DNA of 64,000 nucleotides from Octopus vulgaris (taxonomy: Eukaryota), in contig OX597815.1 of the NCBI GenBank assembly GCA_951406725.2, positions 13,516,001 to 13,580,000 on the forward strand, read 5' to 3'. This document shows, one piece after another, positions 13,664 to 27,202 of the stretch; within the stretch, counting starts at the first letter, position 1, and each line of letters starts with the position of its first letter. Position numbers and translations under genes: made by a program. The notes beneath the pieces were generated by a model. That model saw only the letters and a program-made list of their open reading frames with translations, made no database searches and was not told where the DNA came from.

Positions 13664-13814
13664 TATATATATATTACGGAGATGTACTCGCATAGAAAGT
13701 GATTTGATCTGAGATCGTGAGCTGAAACGAAAACAATTGCAGCGTGGAAGGTGTTTGTAAGCCATTTAAGAAACACACAAAAGCCGTTCGATTCACTTCA
13801 ACATTTATGTTTAA

Positions 13815-13864
13815 TTTGTCAAAATATTTTCGTCGCTAAAATCCGCGACCTGTTCACTGATAAA
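13815..13864 (-). ncRNA. Minimal type I hammerhead-like ribozyme with G3-C8 core variant, in a ~205-bp (TA)n-flanked element (13675-13880)
   Basis: Minus strand: TTTATCA GTGAACA G GTCGC ggatttta GCGAC GAAA ATA TTT^ TGACAAA. Confidence 0.6.
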
Positions 13865-15275
13865 AGTCCGTGCTGCATCAATATATATATATATATATCC
13901 TTGTAATAATGAGAGTGCTTTCGATGCATGTCTGAGCAATATGTAACGCGAAATACATCCATTACGTGAACCTTCCATTTCAGAGAAGTTTTGAAATCCT
14001 TTAACTGAGGGAGATCTATTCAATGGAGACATTTTCTATTACATATTATCCTACTAGAAACGTACGTATGGTATTACTTCAAAATATTGTTATTAAGTTT
14101 GATTTTATTATTTTAACTAATAAGATTTAGTACCAGTACAAACTAGTGTGGTATCTTGGTTTTTTTTTTTTTTTGAGCCAATAATTTATATATTATGCCA
14201 TTTCGAAAATGAAATAAAAAAAACAAACATACGATATATTATTGGATGTAAATCATCACGTGAGTGATTGCTCTGTCTGTGCGTAAGTGAAAACACAGTA
14301 CATTATCATCAGCGAATATATGAATGTATTTTGAGATCTTCTAATGACCCATTTCTTCTTTTATATTTGGAAATTCGTGAATAAAGACGTAACTGAAGAC
14401 ATCATTACAAAGTGGTAATATCATGCTTCTCAACAAAACAGTAGTAATCAAAGGATATGTTATCATCTTTCATGAAATTAATCAGATATCTAGCAGTTTC
14501 TCCATAGTATCTTTTGTATTATCTTTGTCATTTCGTCTTAGAAACATTCTGAATATATTTATTTTATTCTAGAAAAATGTCACCGCCCCATTGCTATATT
14601 ATATTCAAAATCAACCAAAAATCATATATGTAGTTTAGTAAATTAAATATAATTATTAGCAGGAATGATAAGAAAGCTGGTTATTAGATCTCTTTCTGAA
14701 ATATAATATCGAGTAACTGCGTGATGTTCAGATATTAAATGCTGAATATATACAGTAACAGCAGTAGTTTAGGTTTCGATTTAAAAGATCTATTGAGGAA
14801 TGAAAAAATTACAACTTACTTTTGTCTACAATACTGGTATTAATTTCGCTTTATAAGAAACCCGTTAAATGTCAGAAGGAAAAGAGATTGATAGGGAAGC
14901 TGTTCGACTATATTTGCCTCAGCTGAATGAAATATCACATCCGATTGTCGAATAATTATTCTACAATAATATGTATATTCCATAGGCTTAGTGAATATTC
15001 AAAACTCAATGAGTCAAATCAATTATGAAGATGTTAGTTTTTTCTTTCTTCGCGGCAAGATTCCGCTTGTCTGTGGGTGTTCTAATGAGGGTAGCGACAA
15101 CAAATTTAAGGGGAAATTCAGTAAGTGTCACTAATTAACTACGTCCGATACCAATCATCTATATTAAGTTATATCAATATACTTGCTCATTACATATGTG
15201 ACTTATCTTATTACACACATGTGAGTGAGAACACTTTGAGATATTTTTGGTATCTAACATATGTCAGATACTGCG

Positions 15276-15379
15276 AGCGCTGCTTCTGATTGGTCAATCC
15301 ATGGTGATGACCCGAGGTCACGGTAACAGCGCTGCTTCTGATTGGTCAATTCATGGTGATGACCCCAGGTCACGATGAC
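15276..15379. repeat. 2 x 52-bp tandem repeat containing CTGATTGG (CCAAT box on minus strand)
   Basis: agcgctgcttctgattggtcaat...gaggtcacg at 15276 and 15328. Confidence 0.9.
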
Positions 15380-15475
15380 GGCACTACTTTTGTCATTCAT
15401 AAGTTACAACTAAACGTGAGGAATTTAGTTATTGGGTTAATAAAATATGGTCGTTTATTCGTGTGTAATAAATAA

Positions 15476-15617
15476 AATACCAAACTCATTCCCTATGGAT
15501 ACCGTATTTATTAAAACTCGTGGCTTGTAAACGTATCTAATCGCTTTCGCTCGTTAGATACGTTTACAAGTCACTCGTTATAATAAATACGGTATCCATA
15601 GGAACTTGTTTGGTATT
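15476..15617. repeat. Long palindrome, ~64-bp arms with 13-nt loop, likely the end of a non-autonomous DNA element
   Basis: Arm 15476-15540 is reverse-complementary to 15554-15617. Confidence 0.9.
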
Positions 15618-16004
15618 CTCTATATAAGTAGTTTTATCATGTAAGAAGACATGCTGCACGCTGGTGGGTTGATGCTTTAATACACATTTGAGGCAACTGT
15701 ATTAACAGATCATGTATTTTTTTTCCTGTAAGTATACCAGTCAAAACTATTGAAAAGGTTGCAAGACGCGACGAAAATTTTAGAAAAATTAAAAATAAGA
15801 AAAAAGTGGAAATTTACCGGTGAGTGTGTTATATTATAAGGCACAAAAAGAAAATGACTCTCCCCTGATACAACAGAATATACCAGTCACGTCTCGATCT
15901 ATAAAACGTTTGTGAATAATTGCTTGGTAGACTAGTGATGTTAGTTGTAGGTTAGTAGTGTTATGTATTATGTTGTGTTCCTGTTAAATTGTGAATGATA
16001 TTTA

Positions 16005-16250
16005 TTGATGAAAGTTGCTTCTTTATTCATTCTTTGTGTACTGAGGTGTTATATGAACATTGATAGAAGGGGAAAATTAGGAAATTAAGATTAAGGTCCC
16101 TAGCACACCTATCTATGTGTTCATTGACCTGTATCTTTCTGTATTGCGCGTGGCGGATTTGCTCTTTGTGAAGAGTGGTTCTTCGACGGAGGGATACTAA
16201 CCTTACCAATAATGCCACTAACACCCACACCTTCATTATACCATTGATAT
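16005..16250 (-). mobile_element. Penelope-like element GIY-YIG C-terminal remnant
   Basis: ORF 16027-16236: SLRRRTTLHKEQIRHAQYRKIQVNEHIDRCA...FLIFPFYQC...KE, preceded by a frameshifted IIGK (YIG-like). Confidence 0.75.
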
Positions 16251-16535
16251 TACAGTATTATGTCGACCCTAATTGCACCACGTTCGGAACTACTCAGGGA
16301 CTAGTAGTCCCGACACCGTTTGATAATTGGAATTGGTATGCATTCTAAGCCAATGAACAGCAATAACGACACCAGTTGACTTTGAATCCCTTTAACAATT
16401 CAAAATAATGAAGTTAATTCCTTTTAATTCTACCTCAGTTCATCTAACTGTATTTATTTATCGCTAGTTTATATTAAAAATGCTATTATTTCTTTTTATA
16501 TTCAATGTGCATTTTCGCTTTTCTTATTACATTCG

Positions 16536-16579
<44 letters not shown>

Positions 16580-16587
16580 ATATAATA

Positions 16588-16993
16588 GGCGCAGGAGTGG
16601 CTATGTGGTAAGTAGCTTGCTAACCAACCACATGGTTCCGGGTTCAGTCCCACTGCGTGGCACCTTGGGCAAGTGTCTTCTGCTATAGCCCCGGGCCGAC
16701 CAATGCCTTGCGAGTGGATTTGGTAGACGGAAACTAAAAGAAGCCAGTCGTATATATGTATATATATATGTGTGTGCCTGTATGTTTGTGTGTCGGTGTT
16801 TGTCCCCCTAGCATTGCTTGACAACCGATGCTAGTGTGTTTACGTCCCCGTTACTTAGCGGTTCGGCAAAAGAGACCGATATAATAAGTACTGGGCTTAC
16901 AAAAGAATAAGTCCCGGGTCGAGTTGCTCGATTAAAGGTGGTACTCCAGCATGGCCGCAATCAAATGACTGAAACAAGTAAAAGAGAAAAAGA

Positions 16994-16994
<1 letters not shown>
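16588..16994 (+). mobile_element. tRNA-derived SINE family A, full length
   Basis: Head ggcgcaggagtggc, tail gaaacaagtaaaagag; flanked by TA runs. Confidence 0.95.
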
Positions 16995-17038
<44 letters not shown>

Positions 17039-17750
17039 CGAGGGGTGTTCGTTAATGATTTCTCCTGTCACACTTCCAATAAATGCAGGAAATGAAACTT
17101 GTACAGGTATCATTATACATATCTCTACATGTCATATTGGAAATTTCAGCTCTCCACAAGTATTCGTTTGCTGAAATGGTCTAAGGTGTTGTAATGGTGG
17201 CAATTGAATACAGGCTAGAGATCAAGTTCTTATACATTAAGAGAGACTTCCGATGAGATGAAAGAAATTTATGGTGACGATGCACCATCACACGAAGCAG
17301 TCAAGCACTGGTATCGCATGTTCAAATGTGATCAGAAATAGGTAGATACTGCTCCAATTCATTGATGAGTATACTCCTCCATTCATGGCGACACCATCCA
17401 GAGAATGGAGCCACCATTTTGGAGGACAGCCTCATAAATATTCCACTACTAGTGCAAGAAGTGAAGATAAGAGTAGGGTCCGTGGAAAAAAATCATTCAC
17501 GACAATTTGCACATGCGACAATCTGCACGATGGATTCCCCAGATGCTCACACCTTTTCAGAAGGAGGGAAGAGTCAAATGTTCCCAGGCTAATATGGTAA
17601 AGTGCCAAGAAAACAAGGAGGACTTTTTTCAACTGACTAATCATACAGGGTCCATCACTATGATCTTGAGATCACAACGACGTCGAATCCACAAGAGTAA
17701 ACAAGAGAGACAGAAACAGGCAGAAACAAGGAAAATGCCCCTTGTACTTG
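17039..17750 (+). mobile_element. Decayed mariner transposon, 5' half
   Basis: TIR-like cgaggggtgttc; frames EIYGDDAPSHEAVKHWYRMFKC and IIHDNLHMRQSARWIPQMLT; same family as 57325-57950. Confidence 0.85.
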
Positions 17751-17899
17751 AATAGTATGCAAATATACTTTGTATAAAACTTTTCTTTTTAATTTTTTTC
17801 CAAAATTTAATTGTTATTCGAAACTGACACTACTCTCATCAGGATGTTTTATATATATATATGTAATCAATCAAAATAAGCAACAAGAATGACTCCGGT

Positions 17900-17990
17900 A
17901 ATTTGGTACAATTGTTTCGCACTACATCATTTTATTAAAGGTTTTAAGCATTACAGCAGATTTAAGATGCTGAGTGCTCATCAGCCAATT
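17900..17990 (-). ncRNA. Type I hammerhead ribozyme with long stem II, in a PLE pLTR-like element with an inverted partial copy (17869-18285)
   Basis: Minus strand: AATTGG CTGATGA GCACT...AGTGC GAAAC AATT GTA^ CCAAATT; arms 17869-17964 and 18091-18186 are inverted. Confidence 0.85.
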
Positions 17991-18285
17991 ATATAGGTTT
18001 TCCATTAATGCAAAAGCTTTCAAATCAAGTAGCAACATTATAGAGAATGTAGATATGCAAACAAAGATGTAGATTTAAATTTTAAGAACGTAAATCTGCT
18101 GTAATACTTATAACTTTTAATAAAATGATGTAGTGCGAAAGAATTGTACCAAATTACCGGGGTCAATCGTGTTGCTTATTTTGATTATAATCACCCCGCG
18201 AATTTTTATGGATAACACCATACAAAATTCTGGTGCATCTAAATTAAGTACCATATTCATTCGAATCTAAATTTTTGCTGAATTT

Positions 18286-19220
<935 letters not shown>

Positions 19221-21158
19221 TATATATATATATATATATATACGTTCCGGCTCAAAATCTGTGGCCAAAAGTATTTAATGTGGAAATGTATGAAATCGGT
19301 AGTGCTGTTTGTCTAGGTCAGGACCGGAAGATCTGCGATAAGGAAAATGCGGTGTTTTAAGAGAGTTTAAGCATAGCGTGACGCATGTATGTGTACATGT
19401 TTGTGTATGTGTACGTATGTGTATGAAAAATGTGAAGCACTAGTGGTTCTCCGCTTGTCTTGTGTGTGTGTTCGTGTGAATCGTATAATTGTTTTTAAAA
19501 TTAGTCATTTGCTGACTGCTTTTTCCGTGCTGCTCGCATGTACAAATTAGTCGCGTTATCCTGCGTTGAAAAGTGAAAATATGAAAGGGAGTGAAAGTTT
19601 AACAAATCTTTGTGTATCTATAGATAAATATATGGCTTTCGAAAGAAGTGTTAAATTGCATGTGTGGTTGATTTGTTGGTGTTGAATCAAATACATAGTG
19701 TGGCATATACTTGAGTATTTTTCTGTGATTGTGTTTGTGTGTGTGTATGTATGTATGAGTGTGTGTGTGTGTGTGTGTTTGGGTGTTCAAGGTAAAATGA
19801 AATACGATAAACTGTAGAAGGAATGCAATGACAGATAGAATTCTCTGTTTCTGTGGTAAGAATACAAGGAAAACCTAGCAAAGTGATTTTATTTCTGAAG
19901 AACCAGAAATATGTTCCAGGTAGCCGATTGTATTGTATCAGTTGTACACTGTCAAGATCCTCACGCTGCATTGTCTGCAAAATACAAGTTTGTGCTCACA
20001 TGTTCAAGTTAAGACATTCACAAACTGCGATAATCTGATTATGTGCTACACAGATTTACTCACAATCGAGTGTATCAATTTCGAGTGGCAAATGCAGAGG
20101 ATAAGGCTTCTTGTTTAGATGGAGGCTTACAGGAACTGCTAAGTTTTGCTCCAGAGAAAGTGAAATTTATAGCCATCGAATACGATACTAAAACTAAATT
20201 CTAAAAATGTGGTTAAGTGCTACCTCAGTTGAGTGAATGTCTCGCTGAAGAACGTTGTGTAGAGAACACCGATTGAGAGCGTAGAATTCCCAGCTCCAAA
20301 TATAGGAAATGGCAAGATGAAAATAAAGAAAAATTCGAAAAAGATCCACTTATCTGGCTTTGCCAACAGTATTCAACAGCATCAGAGAAAGTGATATACA
20401 AGCACCTTTGATCAATAATGTTTGTGGAGAAGAACGTCATTCCGAATTCACAGCTATAAAATATAGTCATGTGTAGCCGTTTGAATAGCCCTGCTATTAA
20501 ACGAGAGTTGTACTTCATAGGGAACGTGAACATACATTAATATCACGTACGAATTAGTCTCATATTCAAAAATCACCGTTTAAGAGTTGTTTCTACCACT
20601 ATTCATGTTAAGTGTATAGCGCTATAATGCTAGCTCGTTTAACTGCTTGTGATTTGGACTCAGCTTATGCGACCCAACGAGGTGCATGTCTTTAGAGTTG
20701 ATGTTGATTGAATCATGTTTTAAATTATTTAATCATTGCCCGTTGCTCTCTTCAAGAGTAAATATGATTTCACATAAAATATTTGGCATGTTATTTTATA
20801 ACTACTGTTATCAGGAATCTAAGTCGTGAAATAGCAAATATAATTAAATTGGATAAACATAACATGTAATCCATTAATACGCATTAATTACGTTCTATTC
20901 ATGTCTCTTTAATACACGAAACACGATACAGTCAAGAAACATGAGCTGACATTTCTCCGTGCACAATATCAAAATTCATGTTATATATAATAATCCTCTG
21001 ATGTTGAATTATCTTTTGTTGGGTCATTGGCATATCACACGATTCAAAAGATATGACTCCATAAATGGCGAATATGTGTTTCGTCATCCAGTAAAATTAT
21101 TCACTTATTCTAAAAGAAACATAGTCTACGCCCACTGATTACAATGTAAACACAATGG

Positions 21159-21543
21159 ATGGAAGCACTCCGTCGGTTACGACGATGAGGGTTCCGGTTG
21201 ATCCGATCAACGGAACAGCCTGCTCGTGAAATTAACGTGTAAGTGGCTGAGCACTCCACAGACACGTGTACCCTTAACGTAGTTCTCGGGGATATTCTGC
21301 GTGGCACAGAGAGTGACAAGGCCGGCCCCTTGAAATACAGGTACAACAGAAACAGGAAGTAAGAGTGAGAGAAAGTTGTGGTGAAAGAGTACAGCAGGGA
21401 TCACCACCATCCCCTGCCGGAGCCTCGTGGAGCTTTTAGGTGTTTTCGCTCAATAAACACTCACAACGCCCGGTCTGGGAATCGAAACCGCGATCCTATG
21501 ACCGCGAGTCCGCTGCCCTAACCACTGGGCCATTGCGCCTCCA
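21159..21543 (-). mobile_element. tRNA-derived SINE family B, full length, young
   Basis: Near-identical to 49772-50157; imperfect TSD ta(a/c)acacaat at 21147 and 21545. Confidence 0.95.
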
Positions 21544-21562
21544 CTACACACAATAAATATTA

Positions 21563-22130
21563 TTTGTCAACATAACATGACAGTCCTGGTTTCGGACTAA
21601 TTTTGCTGTAATTTAGCCCCATGAGATATTGTCTCCAGCTGGCTATATGGCACAATCTGTGGCCTTACATTTTCGAACAAGGGAATCTAGCACCCCCACT
21701 CAGCTCAAAACAATATCTGGGTATCGCGATTTCTGGGTTATTTCTCCTCATCAGCACAGAATAATTGTTCGGCTGGAGGTGGCGCTGCCAAACTTCCGTT
21801 ATAAATATATAGTTTTCAAAGTGACAACTAGTCACTGATTTATAAATTAGAAAATGATAAATTTTAAAACTCACAACGTGAGATATTCAGCAACGGGAAT
21901 TTGGCAGCCTCTCCTCTAAACGAACAATTATTCTGTTCTGATGAAGATAAATAACCCAGAAATCCCGATACACAGATATTGTTTTGAACTGGGTGAGGAT
22001 GCTAGATTCCCTTGTTCGAAAATGTAAGGTTACAGATCGTGTCGTATAACCAGTTGGAGACGATGTCTCCTGGGGCTAAATTACAGCAACATTAGTCCTA
22101 AACCAGGATTGTCATGTCATGTTGGCAAAC
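21563..22130. mobile_element. Inverted repeat (~235-bp arms) of a pLTR-like element, each arm with a decayed hammerhead
   Basis: 21563-21800 vs 21892-22130; HHR motifs at 21716-21760 (-) and 21932-21976 (+). Confidence 0.8.
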
Positions 22131-22326
22131 AATCTTTACTACAAAGTACAGCTGAATATCTCCCGCTGTGAGATTTAAAAATATTAACGTTCTAATAGAA
22201 ACACAATCCTCTTCTCTTACTTCTCATTCTCACTCTCTCACACTCTTCCACACACATTCTTACTCACTCATTCTCTTTCACCTATTCTCATACACTTCCA
22301 CGCACTCTTATTTACTCTCATTCTCT

Positions 22327-22374
<48 letters not shown>

Positions 22375-22809
22375 ATTTCCTGCTATATTGCAACCTTCGT
22401 TCATGACAGTTTATTCATTTTTGTTGCTGGAAACTGGCCTTTCTAATATTGACACAAAACTTCTGATATTGGACGGAGGTCACTGTCGTTTTAATTGCGT
22501 TATGATATTCAACTGTCACCTCAGCAGAAGCGAACTTGATTTCCGTGAGGATAGATCAGTGGTTAAGAAAAACCCGTATTATGCTTTTTATGCGTTATAT
22601 ACGACGTTCAATTGATTCTGTTAATTAAACACACATATTGTATGTGGGGCTCAAAGAAAAGTTTGGATTTGATCAACGTTCACTGGAAAAAATGTATCTC
22701 TATATCCTCTAAGCTACGCAATGTCTTTAACCAGAAATGAATTTATGCACATCACACAATATATCTGTATATGTGTGGGTGCGTGTGTGTGTGTGTGTGT
22801 GCGTGTGTA

Positions 22810-22860
<51 letters not shown>

Positions 22861-24423
22861 GTGTGCCTGTGTGCTCGTGTATCTATGTGTTTCTGTGTTT
22901 GCACTTCTCTGTGTGTGTGTACAAAAACAATTCTAGCAAACAAAAATTTATGAATCTAGTTACCAAGAATTCAAAGGCTTCCATTTTCACGATCATCATT
23001 TAATATGTAGTCTTCATGTGTCTACAGTACATGTCATTAACATTTACTCCATTCGTGTAAATTACTATGAAATAAACAACAACAGGCAGAGGAATGAAAT
23101 ATCCTTTAACAGATATTATGTAACGCATTCATAAGACATCGTATGCGTGACTAAATCTTTCTTCCATCAATGTATTGAGCTCCATTGCTTTTTCCTTTCA
23201 GTTACATTGCATTGCGAACGTTGTATTTCTCTTAACATTTCAGATATGGTATCAAGTGAAAAATAAAATGAATTAGAAAGATAAATAAATAGAGTGTTTA
23301 AATGATAAAGTAACGCAGAGCATTCCAGATGAAAACCAGTCAGTTTTATTAATGCTGCATTTTAAATGCAGTGGTGAAAATGAGATGCTCCTTACAATTT
23401 TATCTTTGCTAATATTTGTTGCATGCCTTATCCCTGTTGCAATGGCGTCTAATCTTGAAGTGCGCACCATTCCTGTCTATGCCACAAAAACAAAAGGGAA
23501 AAGTACAATTTTGGAACTATATTATAAATTTTACGGAAATTCAATGATCGACTCAAACTGTAAATATTAGAAAAGCTCACGTCCTCCAAACAACAAATTT
23601 ATGATTATTTCGCAGTTATAGCGAAAATATAAAAGCTTTTAACACGATTTAACAGCAACAAAATAAATTATAAATAGAAGCCAGATAAGAAGAGTGTTTG
23701 CAAGTGTTGACAAATTTCTGCACCTCATTAACCAGCAGCTCCTGAACGAAGCAGAATACAAACGGAGTAAATATTTTGCATGTATGAGATGTGCTTGGTT
23801 TACACACAAATGTAGCTGTGTTTAACGATAATAGTCCATTTCCTTCGACTGTTGATTTCTTACTAGAGTAGCATTGTTAGAACACCCAGTTAATGTGTGT
23901 CGAAAATAGCGCAGAGCACTCGTTAATGGAAACGGTAAAACCATTTGAACACCAGGCATGTTTCAAAACTGTATATTAATACGGTGTGATAAATTATCAT
24001 TTAGAATTTGAGGTTAAGACTTTTACTGTTAAAGACGCGTTTATACAAAAGTTATACAAATGCAGAGCGGTCTGATCCTATTTGGTGTACGACATTCTTT
24101 AAACAAATGCTCTTTAGTTTTTAGAAAGATGAAATATTATACAGCAAAGGTGTATTTATGCATGAATTAGGTATGGATTAGCAGTGTTTATCGCCACTTT
24201 AACGTGAATGTTCTCTGAGAACCGATGCTACTACAATTTTAATCACATGATTCTAGCTGGTGTTTCAGTGCTCATTCGCACTCAGTATCCATTGCCAGCG
24301 GGTAATATGTTATAAAGTTCAAATGAGAGAAATGCGATCCGGATAGTTAATTTCTCACTTTTCTTCTGATATCTTTATTGATTTAACTTAAAACTTTTAT
24401 AACATACACATATACATCTATGC

Positions 24424-24473
<50 letters not shown>

Positions 24474-24474
24474 T

Positions 24475-24590
<116 letters not shown>

Positions 24591-24786
24591 ACCGCGTGTG
24601 TATCGTTGGCGATTTTATTTCTCCGTCTTCCCTTCCTTGGCCATTTCCATTTTCTATATTTCTGATGAAAAGTTCCGCTCGAAACGTTAAATCCTCTTTC
24701 TTTCCTTTCCTGAGCGTCCAATAACACTATAATTGTTCCACGTCCTCGAGTTGTTGTGCTTTCACTTTGTGTTTTCATGTTTGGAT

Positions 24787-24790
<4 letters not shown>
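24591..24790 (+). mobile_element. ~200-bp (TA)n-flanked PLE pLTR-like repeat with minimal hammerhead (24658-24692)
   Basis: ATTT CTGATGA A AAGT tcc GCTC GAAAC GTT^ AAAT; palindromic AACGTT stem III; stem II weakened. Confidence 0.7.
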
Positions 24791-24849
<59 letters not shown>

Positions 24850-24929
24850 ACACAAAAGAGATACCCGAAGAATAGGATATCTGACTCGCTAGAAAGAGCA
24901 GTTAAAACTCCAAGTCACCAATTGTTGTA

Positions 24930-25450
24930 ATTCCGATATAGTCTATTGACTAATTTTTTCTTTCTCCCTAGACCACTGGTAACTAAGAATTTTTCTTTGA
25001 ATATTCTTGCTACCCTAAGATATATATATATACATATATAAATATATATATATATAAACTGATGTTTGAGAGATCTTGCCTCACTTAATTTGTAGTAGTC
25101 GAGTGTGTTTGAGCTGGATGTGTTCGTGGAAACAGGTTTTCATTAGATCCTTTGACTAAGTCCTAGTTGTTATTGATTTACAGATCGGCGTAGGTACCAG
25201 GGAGTGGGTGATGTCGTGGTCTAGTATTTAATTTGGGCTACGCTAAAGCTTTGATAGGTTGCTAGAGGTTGCTAGTTGTTGAGTAAGAGTAACCTCTGTT
25301 CCGTTTGTGCCTTTTCATGTTCAATATGTCTGTGGAGGCATTTGAGTGCCAGGTGTAATTATAATAAGAGCATATAACTGCTGCAATTGGTGGAGTATAC
25401 TCGTCCGGAGTGAGTTGTTAATGCCTGTATCGCATGGGTTTCTTGGTGCA
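24930..25450. mobile_element. Possible further decayed Penelope-related sequence
   Basis: ctagaccactggt...ctaccctaa (24968-25019) resembles 19162-19206; minus strand near 25220-25320 gives EQRLL...PKLN, like PLE C-termini. Confidence 0.3.
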
Positions 25451-27154
25451 GACGTAGGGCATAGAATTCGAAGAGATTTGGAAAACCTCGTAAGTGGAAG
25501 AATTTAGGCACGTGAATGTTGCGGAAAATATCTGCAGTAAGACTTTACTTCAAACGTGGTTTGAGGGATAAGACTTTTTAACCAGCAGTCTTGACATCTT
25601 TCCCCGATAGTATGAATAATACTCTGACCGTTGCATACTTGTCCTGCGGATGAAGGACACGTGTTGTAGGTTGCATAAAGCATTGTAACACAGAAGTAAA
25701 TAATGGAATGTTAAAGAAGGAAAGAATCATATAAGACGAAAATATTTAATAATGATTATGCATTCTAGGCGCAAACCCATCATCAACAGAAAAAATTAAG
25801 AAATGTTAACCTACAGAGGACCGGCCATCTTGATTGTTGTGTGGATAGTGATTCTGTGGTGGCCGAGTGTGTAGTGGTGATATCAATGGGTTATCATTGT
25901 AGCAGTAGCCATTACCAAAATGACACCAGCAACATCAGAAGCTGTATCGTGTTTGGCGGCGTACAGCGTTCAGATTGTAGCAGTGGAAATACACTGCTTC
26001 TATTAAAGCTATGGGTGGTAGAGGTATACTCAGTAGTTGTTGCTGTAAAGACACTGGAAGAGAAATATTACACTATTGATAGTCGTAAATGTGATGTTGG
26101 CGATGACTGGAGCAAAACTGAAGAAGGCGATAAGCTTACATGAAAGATATTAGTATTTTTGATAATTTAGAATGTAAATATATACAAGTGCTGCAATGCA
26201 TCATAGATTAAGTAAACTAAAACTACATTCTTCTCAGGCTTCAGTTTTTTCCCTATCTTCGCTTGTGAGATTACCAACTTACACACCTAGGACTTGTGCT
26301 TTTGTTTTAGTCCTTCTGCAAGATTTGTTTTGTAATGATTGAGCCGTTATTTATATTCTGTAACAGAGACGGAAGAAGTATGATCCCCAGAGGGTAAGCA
26401 TGATATATTCGTTTCTGACACACGATATTCAAATAAAGAAATATTAAAGGGTTACATTTGTGATTCACCTCTTAAAGTCCACATCTTTGCAGATATATAA
26501 AAAAAGAGCACTGATACGCACGCACATACATTCATAATGTAACAAAAGAAATCTTCATATCAAGAATAAAAAATACAAATTGAACCAGCATTACGAATCA
26601 ATGCATTTTAAGACCTCACTCTATGGAATCACAATTTTTGTAGCCTGAACAATGTAACTCTATCCGTCAAGAGGAAATCTAATTTCACGAAATGTTATCA
26701 CGAATCGAGCTCAAAGCAAAACAATTTTCAAAGGCCAGCCTATATTTGCCTACTGCAAGGAACAGAACAACGTTATCTAATAAAAAGGAAATATTATCGA
26801 ACATTGAAAGTGTGTGTTAGTTACCATCATTTTTTTCAAAATATTTCAGCAGAATGCTACGTCTGACGACTTATAACTCTCAAATTTCAAAATATAGAAG
26901 AAAATCTGTACGCGTCAATCAGTAGGCGTTAATGGATAGGAAAAGAATTTTGCTAGAGTTAAAAAAAAAAGTTCCTAAAATATTCTGTCCCTCTCTCTCT
27001 CATTGTACACCTAAACATGTAAACACAGGCATACATGCACTGATATACATACATGCACATCCCACACACGTATATGTATACTTCTGCACATATACACGGA
27101 GTATATAAATAAAGATATTGAAATAGTTATATACACTTAAATATATCAATACAA

Positions 27155-27202
<48 letters not shown>

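Noticed and set aside
17805-17846. Minus-strand CTGATGA GAG...TTC GAAT
   Set aside because: Weak stem II, no GAAA, no stem I partner.
19860-20560. Coding-like unique stretch
   Set aside because: No recognisable motif, sustained frame or convincing splice pair.
25841-26143. 100-aa ORF
   Set aside because: Looks like a decayed GTN/GAT triplet-rich tract with no domain signature.
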